DNA of 33,697 nucleotides, taken from the IMG/VR virus record IMGVR_UViG_3300020043_002519, positions 1 through 33,697 of that record; one strand, written 5' to 3'. Positions within the stretch are counted from its first letter, which is position 1. Each line of letters begins with the position of its first letter. A model generated the notes under the pieces. That model was given only the letters and a program-made list of their open reading frames with translations. It was not told the DNA's origin and ran no database searches. Positions 1 to 8,402 of this stretch are shown here, one piece after another. The DNA is from a virus. Lineage: Duplodnaviria; Caudoviricetes. The position numbers were made by a program, and so were the translations under genes.

Positions 1-6
1 AATTGT

Positions 7-14
7 TATATTAG
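7..14 (+). promoter_or_regulatory. Bacteroidota-type -7 promoter element variant (TATATTAG)
   Basis: One mismatch to TAnnTTTG, 4 nt before the GTG at 19; the same octamer occurs at 29118. Confidence 0.45.
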
Positions 15-18
15 CATC

Positions 19-477
19 GTGAATGTAGAAAATATAGACAAACTTTACACGTATGCTAAACACTTAGCGGGGGATCTTGGGCAGGATTTAGTACACCACA
101 TCCTGCTCGAACACGCTCCCCGCAAATATTCAAAAGATTTAGCCTATCTAAAATATTCTATAAGAAATGCGTACTACAATCCTAAGTCATCATTTAACAA
201 GCTATACCATCCACTTGGATTGGATGAACTTTGCGACATCGAAGATATACACCACGACACAAACAACTACGACTCTCAACTTTTACACCGTATCTTTCTC
301 GAATTAGAACGCGAGGGGTACGGTTTAGAGGTTCAAGTGTATAAGGATTGTACCCTAGTTGGTTCACTTACTAAACTATCGAAGTCGACTAAACTAAATC
401 CACGAACTATCACAAAAATTACTAAATTTGTACACAATGAAATTATTAGACGTTATACACAATTGGAACTTGACTAA
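19..477 (+). CDS. Phage sigma-factor-like transcription regulator
   Basis: GTG start; region-2-like N-terminus (LYTYAKHL..DLGQDLVHHILLE) and C-terminal HTH-like segment (SLTKLSKSTKLNPRTI); lies ahead of the late genes. Confidence 0.55.
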   Translation: MNVENIDKLYTYAKHLAGDLGQDLVHHILLEHAPRKYSKDLAYLKYSIRNAYYNPKSSFNKLYHPLGLDELCDIEDIHHDTNNYDSQLLHRIFLELEREGYGLEVQVYKDCTLVGSLTKLSKSTKLNPRTITKITKFVHNEIIRRYTQLELD

Positions 478-691
478 TGTTATTTGGGGCTGGTTCGTTG
501 CGTTCATCATTCATCAAGAAATGAACATTGCTTATCAAATCAAGAAAGCAACTAAAATCCATCCGACTCGTTATATTAAGGTATTGGACTGTTACCCATG
601 CTTTACGTTTTGGACTTCGTTAATCGTTACACAATCAATAACAGCATCAATAATCGCGTTTCTTATCGCACAATTTTTAGACAGAAAATGA
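437..691 (+). CDS. Small membrane protein with CxxC (DUF1360-like)
   Basis: Hydrophobic segments plus LDCYPCFTFW motif; ATG at 437 preferred over the track start. Confidence 0.55.
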   Translation: MKLLDVIHNWNLTNVIWGWFVAFIIHQEMNIAYQIKKATKIHPTRYIKVLDCYPCFTFWTSLIVTQSITASIIAFLIAQFLDRK

Positions 692-1071
692 TACTATCAG
701 AAGATTCACAGAAATCACTTGACCATATTCGATTCAAAGTCGAACGTCAACAATACGACCTTAGAGGGGTTGAGTTACAATGCCTTGCACAAGTATTCGA
801 AGAGATTCAGTTTGTAATGGTAAAGAAGAAAGTCAAGTTAAATATCGGTTGTCCAGGTTGTGTTAAGACAGCTATTAACGTGGTTTACAATTTCATTCAT
901 TCACACGAAGAAAGAACGAATAGCAACAATGCTAAGGTTGAGGTTAAGCGAGTAGATGCGCCAATTGAGCAACCCAAACTATCCGAGTTACGTCTTAAAT
1001 ATCCACACATTAAGGCAACGTCCGTCGAGGTATTCCTTCAAAAATTAGAAGATGAGCGAAGAGGTAACTAA
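688..1071 (+). CDS. Hypothetical protein with CPGC motif
   Basis: ATG at 688 overlaps the upstream stop (ATGA); CxxC motif. Confidence 0.65.
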   Translation: MILSEDSQKSLDHIRFKVERQQYDLRGVELQCLAQVFEEIQFVMVKKKVKLNIGCPGCVKTAINVVYNFIHSHEERTNSNNAKVEVKRVDAPIEQPKLSELRLKYPHIKATSVEVFLQKLEDERRGN

Positions 1072-1237
1072 ACAAGATGAATCCGTTACACTACTTGCAG
1101 TAATCGGTAGGGAATACATCCTACATTGTCAGCAAGATAGAGAGTTTCGACGTAAGATGGAAAAGACTCCATACGGAATGAAGATTAAAACATTATTAAA
1201 ACACTTGAAAAATGGGAACAATATTCCAAATAATTAA
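1052..1237 (+). CDS. Hypothetical protein
   Basis: 61-aa ORF overlapping its neighbours in a packed operon. Confidence 0.55.
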   Translation: MSEEVTKQDESVTLLAVIGREYILHCQQDREFRRKMEKTPYGMKIKTLLKHLKNGNNIPNN

Positions 1238-1295
1238 AACAGTGATCGCTTTAGGTGCGATTGGTTACGGTATGTACGTTTTATTTACGATATAA
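1212..1295 (+). CDS. 27-aa single-transmembrane micropeptide (not in ORF track)
   Basis: MGTIFQIIKTVIALGAIGYGMYVLFTI*; fills the gap and its TAA overlaps the terS ATG (TAATG). Confidence 0.55.
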   Translation: MGTIFQIIKTVIALGAIGYGMYVLFTI

Positions 1296-1705
1296 TGGCA
1301 AACAAACACCGCGATATAGATATTGATGAACTTACAAAGTACTCACTAGAGTATTGCGATGAATGTATTGAGAATACAAATGAGGTCGCTACTTCAAGCG
1401 GTAAAATACTTGAGATTAGAAACCGACATTTACCAACGATAAAGTATTTCTTACTTCATTGGTTAAGACGTGAACACCCTGAGTTTTATATGCTTAAACG
1501 TACTCAGTTCTATGAGGCATTGAAAAGCGATACACACCCATTATCGAACACTATAAAAGCATTAGATGAAGATTTCAAGGCTTTAGCTGAGGACATTGTA
1601 GCGAACGAAGGCAAGGGAATATTCTATGCAAAGAATAGATTAGGTATGCACGATAAGCAACATATCGAGAATAAGACGGTAGATAAATTTGAGTTCGACG
1701 ATTAA
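1295..1705 (+). CDS. terS: Terminase small subunit
   Basis: Directly upstream of and overlapping terL; C-terminal IFYAKNRLGMHDKQHIE typical of small terminases. Confidence 0.75.
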   Translation: MANKHRDIDIDELTKYSLEYCDECIENTNEVATSSGKILEIRNRHLPTIKYFLLHWLRREHPEFYMLKRTQFYEALKSDTHPLSNTIKALDEDFKALAEDIVANEGKGIFYAKNRLGMHDKQHIENKTVDKFEFDD

Positions 1706-2888
1706 AGGATATAGACCACATTCAAAACAGAAGATAATACACGCATCGATCAATAACGAGGACGCGAAGTATTACGTTTGCAATATTGGTAGGCAGTTCG
1801 GTAAGTCGTTACTAGCAGAGAATCAAAGTCTATACTGGTTAATCAATGATAAAGGCAGTTCGGTAGGTTGGGTTTCTCCAATCTATAAGCAATGCAAGAA
1901 AGTATACGACGAATTAAAGCGTGCCACCTTAAGTAGTGGACTATTTCAATACAATGATACCGACCTAATTATAAAAGGGTTCGGTTCTAAACTGCAATTC
2001 TTTAGTGCTGAACGTCCGGATAACATTCGAGGTAATACATTCGACTATTTGATATGTGATGAGTTCGACTTTATGAAAACCAACACGTGGGAAGAGGTAT
2101 TGCAACCTACTGTACTAGTCAAAGGTAAAAAGGTAGTATTCATTTCAACTCCGAGAGGTAAACGAATGATGTACAAGCTATCTTTATTACGCCACAATGA
2201 TGATAGATACCGATACTTTCAATTTAGTTCGTATGACAATCCTATGATTGACCCGCGAGAGATTGATAGCATTAAAGAAACCGTACCCGAACACATATTT
2301 AAACAAGAATATCTAGCTGAATTTATCGACGGTGCAAGTGGACTGTTTAAGAACGTTCGTGAATCGGTACAACTAGCAACGGCAAGCGGTAAACTATTCG
2401 GAGGTTTAGACATTGGACGAGCGGATGACTATACGGTACTAACAATTGGAACTAAAGACGGTGGGGTTTTGCACGTTGAGAGATGGAGACAAGACGAATG
2501 GACTAGAATAATTGATAAGGTAGCGGAAGTTATTAGAAAGTACAATGCTAGTGTGTACGTCGAGGTTAATAACCAAGGCGATGTATTTTATGAATTACTA
2601 CGTGTAAAGGTTGGTAATCTAGTCGAACCATTTACAACGACATCGAAGTCTAAACCGATCATGATTGAAGATTTAGCGGTTGCATTTGAACAAATGGAAT
2701 TGAAGCTACCTAACCATGAGTTTCTAATAGATGAACTTGAAGCGTTTACCTACGTGTTCGACGCTAAAACACGCCACGTAAAGTATGCAGCACCCGAAGG
2801 AATACACGATGATAGTGTGATTAGTTTAGCATTATACAATCAAGCACGTAAGAATCTCTCACAGCGCGGTAAATACTTCGCATCATGA
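1689..2888 (+). CDS. terL: Terminase large subunit
   Basis: Walker A GRQFGKS, Walker B YLICDE, motif III ISTP, nuclease motifs GLDIGRADD and HDDSVISLAL; TTG start. Confidence 0.95.
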   Translation: MSSTIKGYRPHSKQKIIHASINNEDAKYYVCNIGRQFGKSLLAENQSLYWLINDKGSSVGWVSPIYKQCKKVYDELKRATLSSGLFQYNDTDLIIKGFGSKLQFFSAERPDNIRGNTFDYLICDEFDFMKTNTWEEVLQPTVLVKGKKVVFISTPRGKRMMYKLSLLRHNDDRYRYFQFSSYDNPMIDPREIDSIKETVPEHIFKQEYLAEFIDGASGLFKNVRESVQLATASGKLFGGLDIGRADDYTVLTIGTKDGGVLHVERWRQDEWTRIIDKVAEVIRKYNASVYVEVNNQGDVFYELLRVKVGNLVEPFTTTSKSKPIMIEDLAVAFEQMELKLPNHEFLIDELEAFTYVFDAKTRHVKYAAPEGIHDDSVISLALYNQARKNLSQRGKYFAS

Positions 2889-2921
2889 GGATTCGACACG
2901 TTTATATTATATTAATTTTGT

Positions 2922-2929
2922 TATCTTTG
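2922..2929 (+). promoter_or_regulatory. Bacteroidota -7 promoter element (TATCTTTG)
   Basis: Exact TAnnTTTG match in the AT-rich intergenic gap, 5 nt before the ATG at 2935. Confidence 0.6.
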
Positions 2930-2934
2930 CTATT

Positions 2935-3840
2935 ATGGTATCTTCTAATAAGCCTTATAGGGTTCTTAATCTAAGTTCAAACGATTACGCAAACTATGCG
3001 AATGACAATGCGAGGGCGTTACGTTCGATAGGAGTTGATTGTAAGGACGGTTCTATTAATGCACATCCGTTTGGGTACAAAACGCAGGGAGTCATAACGA
3101 CAGCGGCTCAAATCATGATGAACTATAATAAGTACGATTGCGTACAGATATTCCATACTGATATGAATCTGTACAATCTAGTTAAAGACCATCCAAATAT
3201 TGTAGTGTACCATACGGGAACGAGATTTAGGCAACAATCAGAACACTATGCAAATGCTTTTCCAAATGCGAAGATAGCAACCGATCAATGCGAGTTTCTA
3301 TTGCAGTATCCGGATATGTACTACATAGCACCACATACGGAATTGAAACCCGTAACGAAACAAACAAGCGGTAAGTTAATCATTGGACATTATCCTAGCA
3401 ACCCTGATGTAAAAGGAACGAAGCAAATAGAGGCGATGTTAGCACCTTTTCACAATGATTTTGATATACGAATCGACACGAAGAAATTAACGCATGAAGA
3501 GAATTTAAAACGGGTAGGAGAGTGTGATATTTATATCGAACTGTATGCACCAACTCAGAACGGTAAACCATACGGATGTTTCGGGACGTCTGCATTTGAA
3601 GCTACGGCATTGGGGGCGGTAACGATAACGAATAATATCAACCGCAAAGCATACGAGGACGTATACGGACGCCAACCGTTCTTAACACCACATACCGAAA
3701 GAGAATTTCAGAATACTATATTTGGACTAGCAGACCGAGATGGATACGACATTGTGAAGGAAGCAATGCACGCAGGTTTCTACGAAAAGCATAGCATTAC
3801 AGAAACGGGTAGAAGAATTAAAAGATTGATAGAGAGATGA
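2935..3840 (+). CDS. GT-B fold (GT4-like) glycosyltransferase
   Basis: IIGHYPSNPDVKGT, CDIYIEL and FGTSAFEATALG resemble the C-terminal GT-B nucleotide-sugar-binding domain. Confidence 0.7.
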   Translation: MVSSNKPYRVLNLSSNDYANYANDNARALRSIGVDCKDGSINAHPFGYKTQGVITTAAQIMMNYNKYDCVQIFHTDMNLYNLVKDHPNIVVYHTGTRFRQQSEHYANAFPNAKIATDQCEFLLQYPDMYYIAPHTELKPVTKQTSGKLIIGHYPSNPDVKGTKQIEAMLAPFHNDFDIRIDTKKLTHEENLKRVGECDIYIELYAPTQNGKPYGCFGTSAFEATALGAVTITNNINRKAYEDVYGRQPFLTPHTEREFQNTIFGLADRDGYDIVKEAMHAGFYEKHSITETGRRIKRLIER

Positions 3841-4367
3841 AAGCAAACCTAAAAGACTGGATTGAAGCAACCGCAAACCTAAACAAGCGAAGACAATTTT
3901 ATGGACATACGAATGACAACGTACATACAACGTCCACAATTAGCACGTATAAAAACCATATTGAAAAGTGTGGTTATGGTAAGTCAGTTCTTGACGTGGG
4001 TTGTGGTTCGCAGTCGTTACGATACCAATTACCCGAAGGAGTTAAGTACTACGGGCTAGATGCGTTCCCAATTGTACCCGATACGATTGAATGTGCTATT
4101 GAAGATATGACAGACTTAACAGTAGATACTTGCTTTGCATTTGCAGTATTAGATAATTCTAGGGATTTCTTTGAGGCTTGTGAGTCAATGAAACGAATAG
4201 CACAGCGAAACATAGGTATATTGACGGGTATTGATATAGATGTGGATGAATACCATACGTTTAAATTACAACTATCAGACTTCGATATAGCTTTTGAGGG
4301 TTGGAAATGTACACATAGAGAAAAATTACAGCCTAAAGTTTGGCTATTAAACTACGAAAAGCAATGA
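3837..4367 (+). CDS. Class I SAM-dependent methyltransferase
   Basis: Motif I VLDVGCG, then YYGLD; ATGA overlap with the upstream gene. Confidence 0.8.
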   Translation: MKANLKDWIEATANLNKRRQFYGHTNDNVHTTSTISTYKNHIEKCGYGKSVLDVGCGSQSLRYQLPEGVKYYGLDAFPIVPDTIECAIEDMTDLTVDTCFAFAVLDNSRDFFEACESMKRIAQRNIGILTGIDIDVDEYHTFKLQLSDFDIAFEGWKCTHREKLQPKVWLLNYEKQ

Positions 4368-4975
4368 GTTTTCCAAAGGTTACGATAATAATACCGTTCC
4401 ATCATGATCGTGGGTGGTTAAATGAGGCTATTAATTCAGTAAAACAACAGAACTATCCAGGAGAAATAGAACTGATACTATCCGAATCTCCTAACTCGGT
4501 AGGTTACAACATCAATCGAGGGGTTGAAATGGCTACGGGTAAGTATGTCAAGTACCTATGCGACGACGATAAGTTAACGTTTAACTGCATTTGGGATTCT
4601 GTACGTTCTATTGATGGGTTTGATTTCATTCACGGCAACGCAATTAACAAATGGTCAGGACGTGAAGAGTTCCAAAGACCAACTAAAGCTAAGCCAACAC
4701 TTGAGAATATGTTAACAAACAACGTTATCCACGGTGGTACACTTATGTACTCAAAGGAACTGTTCAACAAGGTGGGGCTGTTCGATGAGTCGCTAGATTG
4801 TGCTGAGGAATACGAGTTTAATATGCGATGTTTACAGAAAGGAATGAAGCTAGGGTATTGCAATAGTACGCTATACATTTACAGACGCCACGATGAACAA
4901 AAGAGTTTAGGTAAGCAAGCGAACCAAGCGATACGAAAAGAAAAGATTGAAGCAATTAAAAATAGATTTAGATGA
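4364..4975 (+). CDS. Glycosyltransferase family 2 (GT-A)
   Basis: PKVTIIIP, INRGVEMATGKYVKYLCDDD (DxD), VGLFDESL..EEYEF, YRRH; ATG at 4364 overlaps the upstream stop. Confidence 0.9.
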   Translation: MSFPKVTIIIPFHHDRGWLNEAINSVKQQNYPGEIELILSESPNSVGYNINRGVEMATGKYVKYLCDDDKLTFNCIWDSVRSIDGFDFIHGNAINKWSGREEFQRPTKAKPTLENMLTNNVIHGGTLMYSKELFNKVGLFDESLDCAEEYEFNMRCLQKGMKLGYCNSTLYIYRRHDEQKSLGKQANQAIRKEKIEAIKNRFR

Positions 4976-5571
4976 AAGAATTAAGATTACCAAAGCGTAC
5001 CGAAGATCTACGCATTAAACACTTCAAAGCGTTATCGAATCCAAACTATACAGACACGCCAACGATTAGAGAGGTGTGCGATTTTATGGCTGAGTTTACG
5101 GGTGAACATTATAACGATGTGTTGACTTGGGACATTCCGCACATGATAGATGCGTATGTTCACGTAAAGGAATTGTACAGTGATATAAGGATAAACAAAC
5201 CACAGCAAGTTATAACAATCGGTGGTATGGAATACGAACTAATTAACCCCCACAAAGTCGGGGCAGGTTGGCATATGGATTTCGCAAAGGGAGATATTAA
5301 TACAGATCCAATATGGATGGCTTGTTTATTCTATTATCCAAAGGGTGTGCGATACGGTACAACGGATGACAATAAGAACCTACTCTATCCAATTGCAGAG
5401 CGTCGTAATGCAGTAGAACGTGAAATGGATTTACAAACATTTTTAGAGGCGTCCGCTTTTTTTTTGCAGAAAATCGAACGATCAATGAGAGGCTCTATGG
5501 AGAAAAGAAAAGCAACGGAAAAGACAGTCAAGATAATTCAAAGTTTGCGTGGGAGGAAGCCATTGATATAA
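4972..5571 (+). CDS. Tail assembly chaperone (short form)
   Basis: 199-aa ORF with a T9 slippery run (A-F-F-L) and an open -1 frame beyond it, the lambda G/GT arrangement. Confidence 0.6.
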   Translation: MKELRLPKRTEDLRIKHFKALSNPNYTDTPTIREVCDFMAEFTGEHYNDVLTWDIPHMIDAYVHVKELYSDIRINKPQQVITIGGMEYELINPHKVGAGWHMDFAKGDINTDPIWMACLFYYPKGVRYGTTDDNKNLLYPIAERRNAVEREMDLQTFLEASAFFLQKIERSMRGSMEKRKATEKTVKIIQSLRGRKPLI

Positions 5572-5690
5572 TAGCGAAGGAGTTTTTTAACGGGGATTGG
5601 GATGCAGTTACCGACTTGAATATTTACACATTAAACCATAGATTTAATTTTTTTGTACATAAACAGAAAAAAAATAACTTTAAGAAGTAG
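4972..5690 (+). CDS. Tail assembly chaperone, -1 frameshift extended form (~239 aa)
   Basis: The -1 frame from the T run at 5457-5465 stays open to TAG at 5688-5690, 2 nt before the next ATG. Confidence 0.65.
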
Positions 5691-5692
5691 AG

Positions 5693-6265
5693 ATGTCAGA
5701 TGCTGATAAGATAGGAGCGTTAAACTTAGGACAAGCAAAGAAAGTCCTACAAGCGAAGAAAGGTAGCCCGTTAGAAGAGTTACTCAAAACGCTATGTCAA
5801 GACGTTTCCGATCAGCTAGTCGAGTCGTTGGATAGTCATGGAGTGAAAGCAAGTCTTAACCTTAGACAATCAATAAAGCCCGATAGTCAAGTTACGATTA
5901 ATGGTAGTGAGGTTACGATAGGAATTAATGCAGACTTTTACTGGAAGTTTGTGAACTACGGTGTGAATGGTAGTGAGGTTGGACATGGTGCGCCCGATTG
6001 GGGAACGCAACCTGCTCAAGAAAAGAGTTTTCATCAAGCGATATTAGATTGGATTCCTTACACCGGTACAACTTTACCCGATGGATTCTCTAGTTACGAT
6101 TCTTTCGCATGGGCTATTCAAACGAACATAGCGAAGAAAGGTAAGGAAGCAAGACCGTTCTATACAGACGTTGTGAACGATGAACTAGTTGAGTACCTAC
6201 GTAAACCGATATCAGATTTACTAGGACGTTCAATACAAATTAATATAGTAGATCCATGGCTATAA
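5693..6265 (+). CDS. Neck/tail completion protein (HK97 gp10-like)
   Basis: LRQSI, YWKFVNYGVNG and RPFYT motifs; located in the tail module. Confidence 0.55.
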   Translation: MSDADKIGALNLGQAKKVLQAKKGSPLEELLKTLCQDVSDQLVESLDSHGVKASLNLRQSIKPDSQVTINGSEVTIGINADFYWKFVNYGVNGSEVGHGAPDWGTQPAQEKSFHQAILDWIPYTGTTLPDGFSSYDSFAWAIQTNIAKKGKEARPFYTDVVNDELVEYLRKPISDLLGRSIQINIVDPWL

Positions 6266-7281
6266 ATACTTATCGTTCAAGTCCCGTTAGTCAAACGGTT
6301 ACAAGTGGTAATAAAAATACTTGCCCTAGTGAGGATGCTGTATTCAATGCGATTGCTTTGGTTGGTGGTGCTGCTACATTCCTAGCGCTTACGGATACAC
6401 CTGCAAGTTATACGGGGCAAGCGTTAAAAGTTGTGCGAGTTAATGCAGGTCAAACAGCTTTAGAGTTCGTTACGTTGGCAGGTGGTGGCGATATGTTATC
6501 TACTAATAACCTTTCAGACGTAGCTAACGTTGCAACTGCTAGGACTAATTTAGGGTTAGATACAACAGCAAACCAAACCGATTCAACTGATAAACGTTTC
6601 ATGTCAGATGCTCAAGAATCTAAACTTGACGGGCTAACTCAGTACACAGATGAACTTGCACAAGATGCTGTTGGTGCAATGGTGGCTAATAGTACATTTG
6701 TAAACCTTGCCTATGTAGACGGCACCCCTAGCTTAACCCCTTCACTTTCAGCAACGGGTACACCATCATCTACTACGTTCTTAAGAGGTGACAATACTTG
6801 GGGAACACCAGCAGACCCTTATGGATGGACTACAATAGTAAAGAGTGCAAATCAAGATGTGACGAATAGTGCGACGCTTGTAAATGATACGGACTTGCAG
6901 TTTTCAGTTGTTGCTGGTGGTCATTATATGATTGAAATGGACATAGTTTTTTCTTGTAATAATACCTCTTCAGATTATAAAAATGCCTTTAATGTAAGTG
7001 CTGGAACAATATCTGGAAAAGGTTTTATGATAGGTCCAACTGCAACGGGAGCGTCACAAGTAAATGAATATGCAGCAAATGCAGTGGCTACAAGTACAAA
7101 TCTTGCCTTAGGTGCTCCGATAGCAAATCTTGATAATTTAGTAAGCACAAAAATTATTTTCTCTTTTATGGCTTCATCAAACGCAACTTTTAGGTATCAA
7201 TTTGCACAAAACTCAGCTGTAGCTGCGACAACTGCTAGAACATGGAAAGGCTCAATACTTAAATATAAAAGAATAGACTAA
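6256..7281 (+). CDS. Tail fibre/virion appendage protein
   Basis: Fibre motifs LTDTPASYTGQ, NNLSDVANVATARTNLGL, TTFLRGDNTW; beta-rich C-terminal domain. Confidence 0.7.
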   Translation: MAINTYRSSPVSQTVTSGNKNTCPSEDAVFNAIALVGGAATFLALTDTPASYTGQALKVVRVNAGQTALEFVTLAGGGDMLSTNNLSDVANVATARTNLGLDTTANQTDSTDKRFMSDAQESKLDGLTQYTDELAQDAVGAMVANSTFVNLAYVDGTPSLTPSLSATGTPSSTTFLRGDNTWGTPADPYGWTTIVKSANQDVTNSATLVNDTDLQFSVVAGGHYMIEMDIVFSCNNTSSDYKNAFNVSAGTISGKGFMIGPTATGASQVNEYAANAVATSTNLALGAPIANLDNLVSTKIIFSFMASSNATFRYQFAQNSAVAATTARTWKGSILKYKRID

Positions 7282-8402
7282 TGGCAGTAACAATACATAC
7301 AACCCCCGCAGCGTTTTCGCCTTCTGATAATCCGCTAACATTTAGATTCTCATCTAATCAAACGGCACAAGCTAACTTTAGTTATATCGTTAAAACGTTT
7401 CTTAATACGGTTGAGATTGGCGAAGATAGGGTTTTTCCTGAGTCGGGAATTTATGCGCATTACGATTGTTCTAATATCGTTCGCGGTTTAATGCCTAGTC
7501 CATCGTTCTCAACTGCATTATGGCAAAACTCAGGCACTAACTCAAGTCTTTACATCACGGTAACGGAAGAGTATGGAACAACGCCAACACTACAAGCAAG
7601 CGCGACTAGTTCAACTATAAAGATATTCAAAGGACGTTTGAGTGATCGTGAGTGGGAATCATTCAGTAGCGCAACGTGGCAAAATCTATTGTTCCTTACC
7701 AACTATCCACGAACGCAAAGAATGGAAGTAATGCGAGCAACACCTGTTTACTTGAATATGATAACGGATGCTAGTAAGACTTTAGAGATTAAACTATACA
7801 ATGGTGTTACGCTATTGGATAGCTATACCGATACACAAACCTATGTTATCGCTCAACTGAATTTGAATACTACAAACCTACAAGCGACTGCGGGATTTTC
7901 AAGTGGGGACATTACACTAGCAACGCATTATACAGTACAAATAGGAACGTCTGAAATACTTACGATATATTTCTATGATGACTATTGCTATTCGCCAAAT
8001 ACATTAACGTGGCTAAACGATTACGGTGCGTTTGATAGTTTTATATTTGCGCACAACTTAGAGCGTAATTCGAACGTTAAAGACCGTAGTTATTCTAAAC
8101 AGTTTGGACAATGGAACGGTACATCATTTACATACGATTCAAACGATAGCGGAGAACGTCGAGTAGGTACAACAGTTTCCAACGAAGGAAACATATATAC
8201 CGATTGGATTAACGAAACTAAACAACATTGGTTAACTGAATTGTACCGTTCGCCTTTACATCGTTTGTATGTAGGTTCTAGCGCATGGAGTGTTAAAGTT
8301 ACAACGAACGCTTATAGCTTTAAGCAGCAACGATTCGAAGAGTTACTATCTGAGTCGGTTGGGTTTACGTATTCTTATAACCACCAATCAATGGTACTAT
8401 GA
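7281..8402 (+). CDS. Tail structural protein (distal tail/baseplate-like)
   Basis: Thr/Ser-rich, beta-rich, WLNDYGAFDSFIF motif; coupled to the next tail gene. Confidence 0.6.
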   Translation: MAVTIHTTPAAFSPSDNPLTFRFSSNQTAQANFSYIVKTFLNTVEIGEDRVFPESGIYAHYDCSNIVRGLMPSPSFSTALWQNSGTNSSLYITVTEEYGTTPTLQASATSSTIKIFKGRLSDREWESFSSATWQNLLFLTNYPRTQRMEVMRATPVYLNMITDASKTLEIKLYNGVTLLDSYTDTQTYVIAQLNLNTTNLQATAGFSSGDITLATHYTVQIGTSEILTIYFYDDYCYSPNTLTWLNDYGAFDSFIFAHNLERNSNVKDRSYSKQFGQWNGTSFTYDSNDSGERRVGTTVSNEGNIYTDWINETKQHWLTELYRSPLHRLYVGSSAWSVKVTTNAYSFKQQRFEELLSESVGFTYSYNHQSMVL

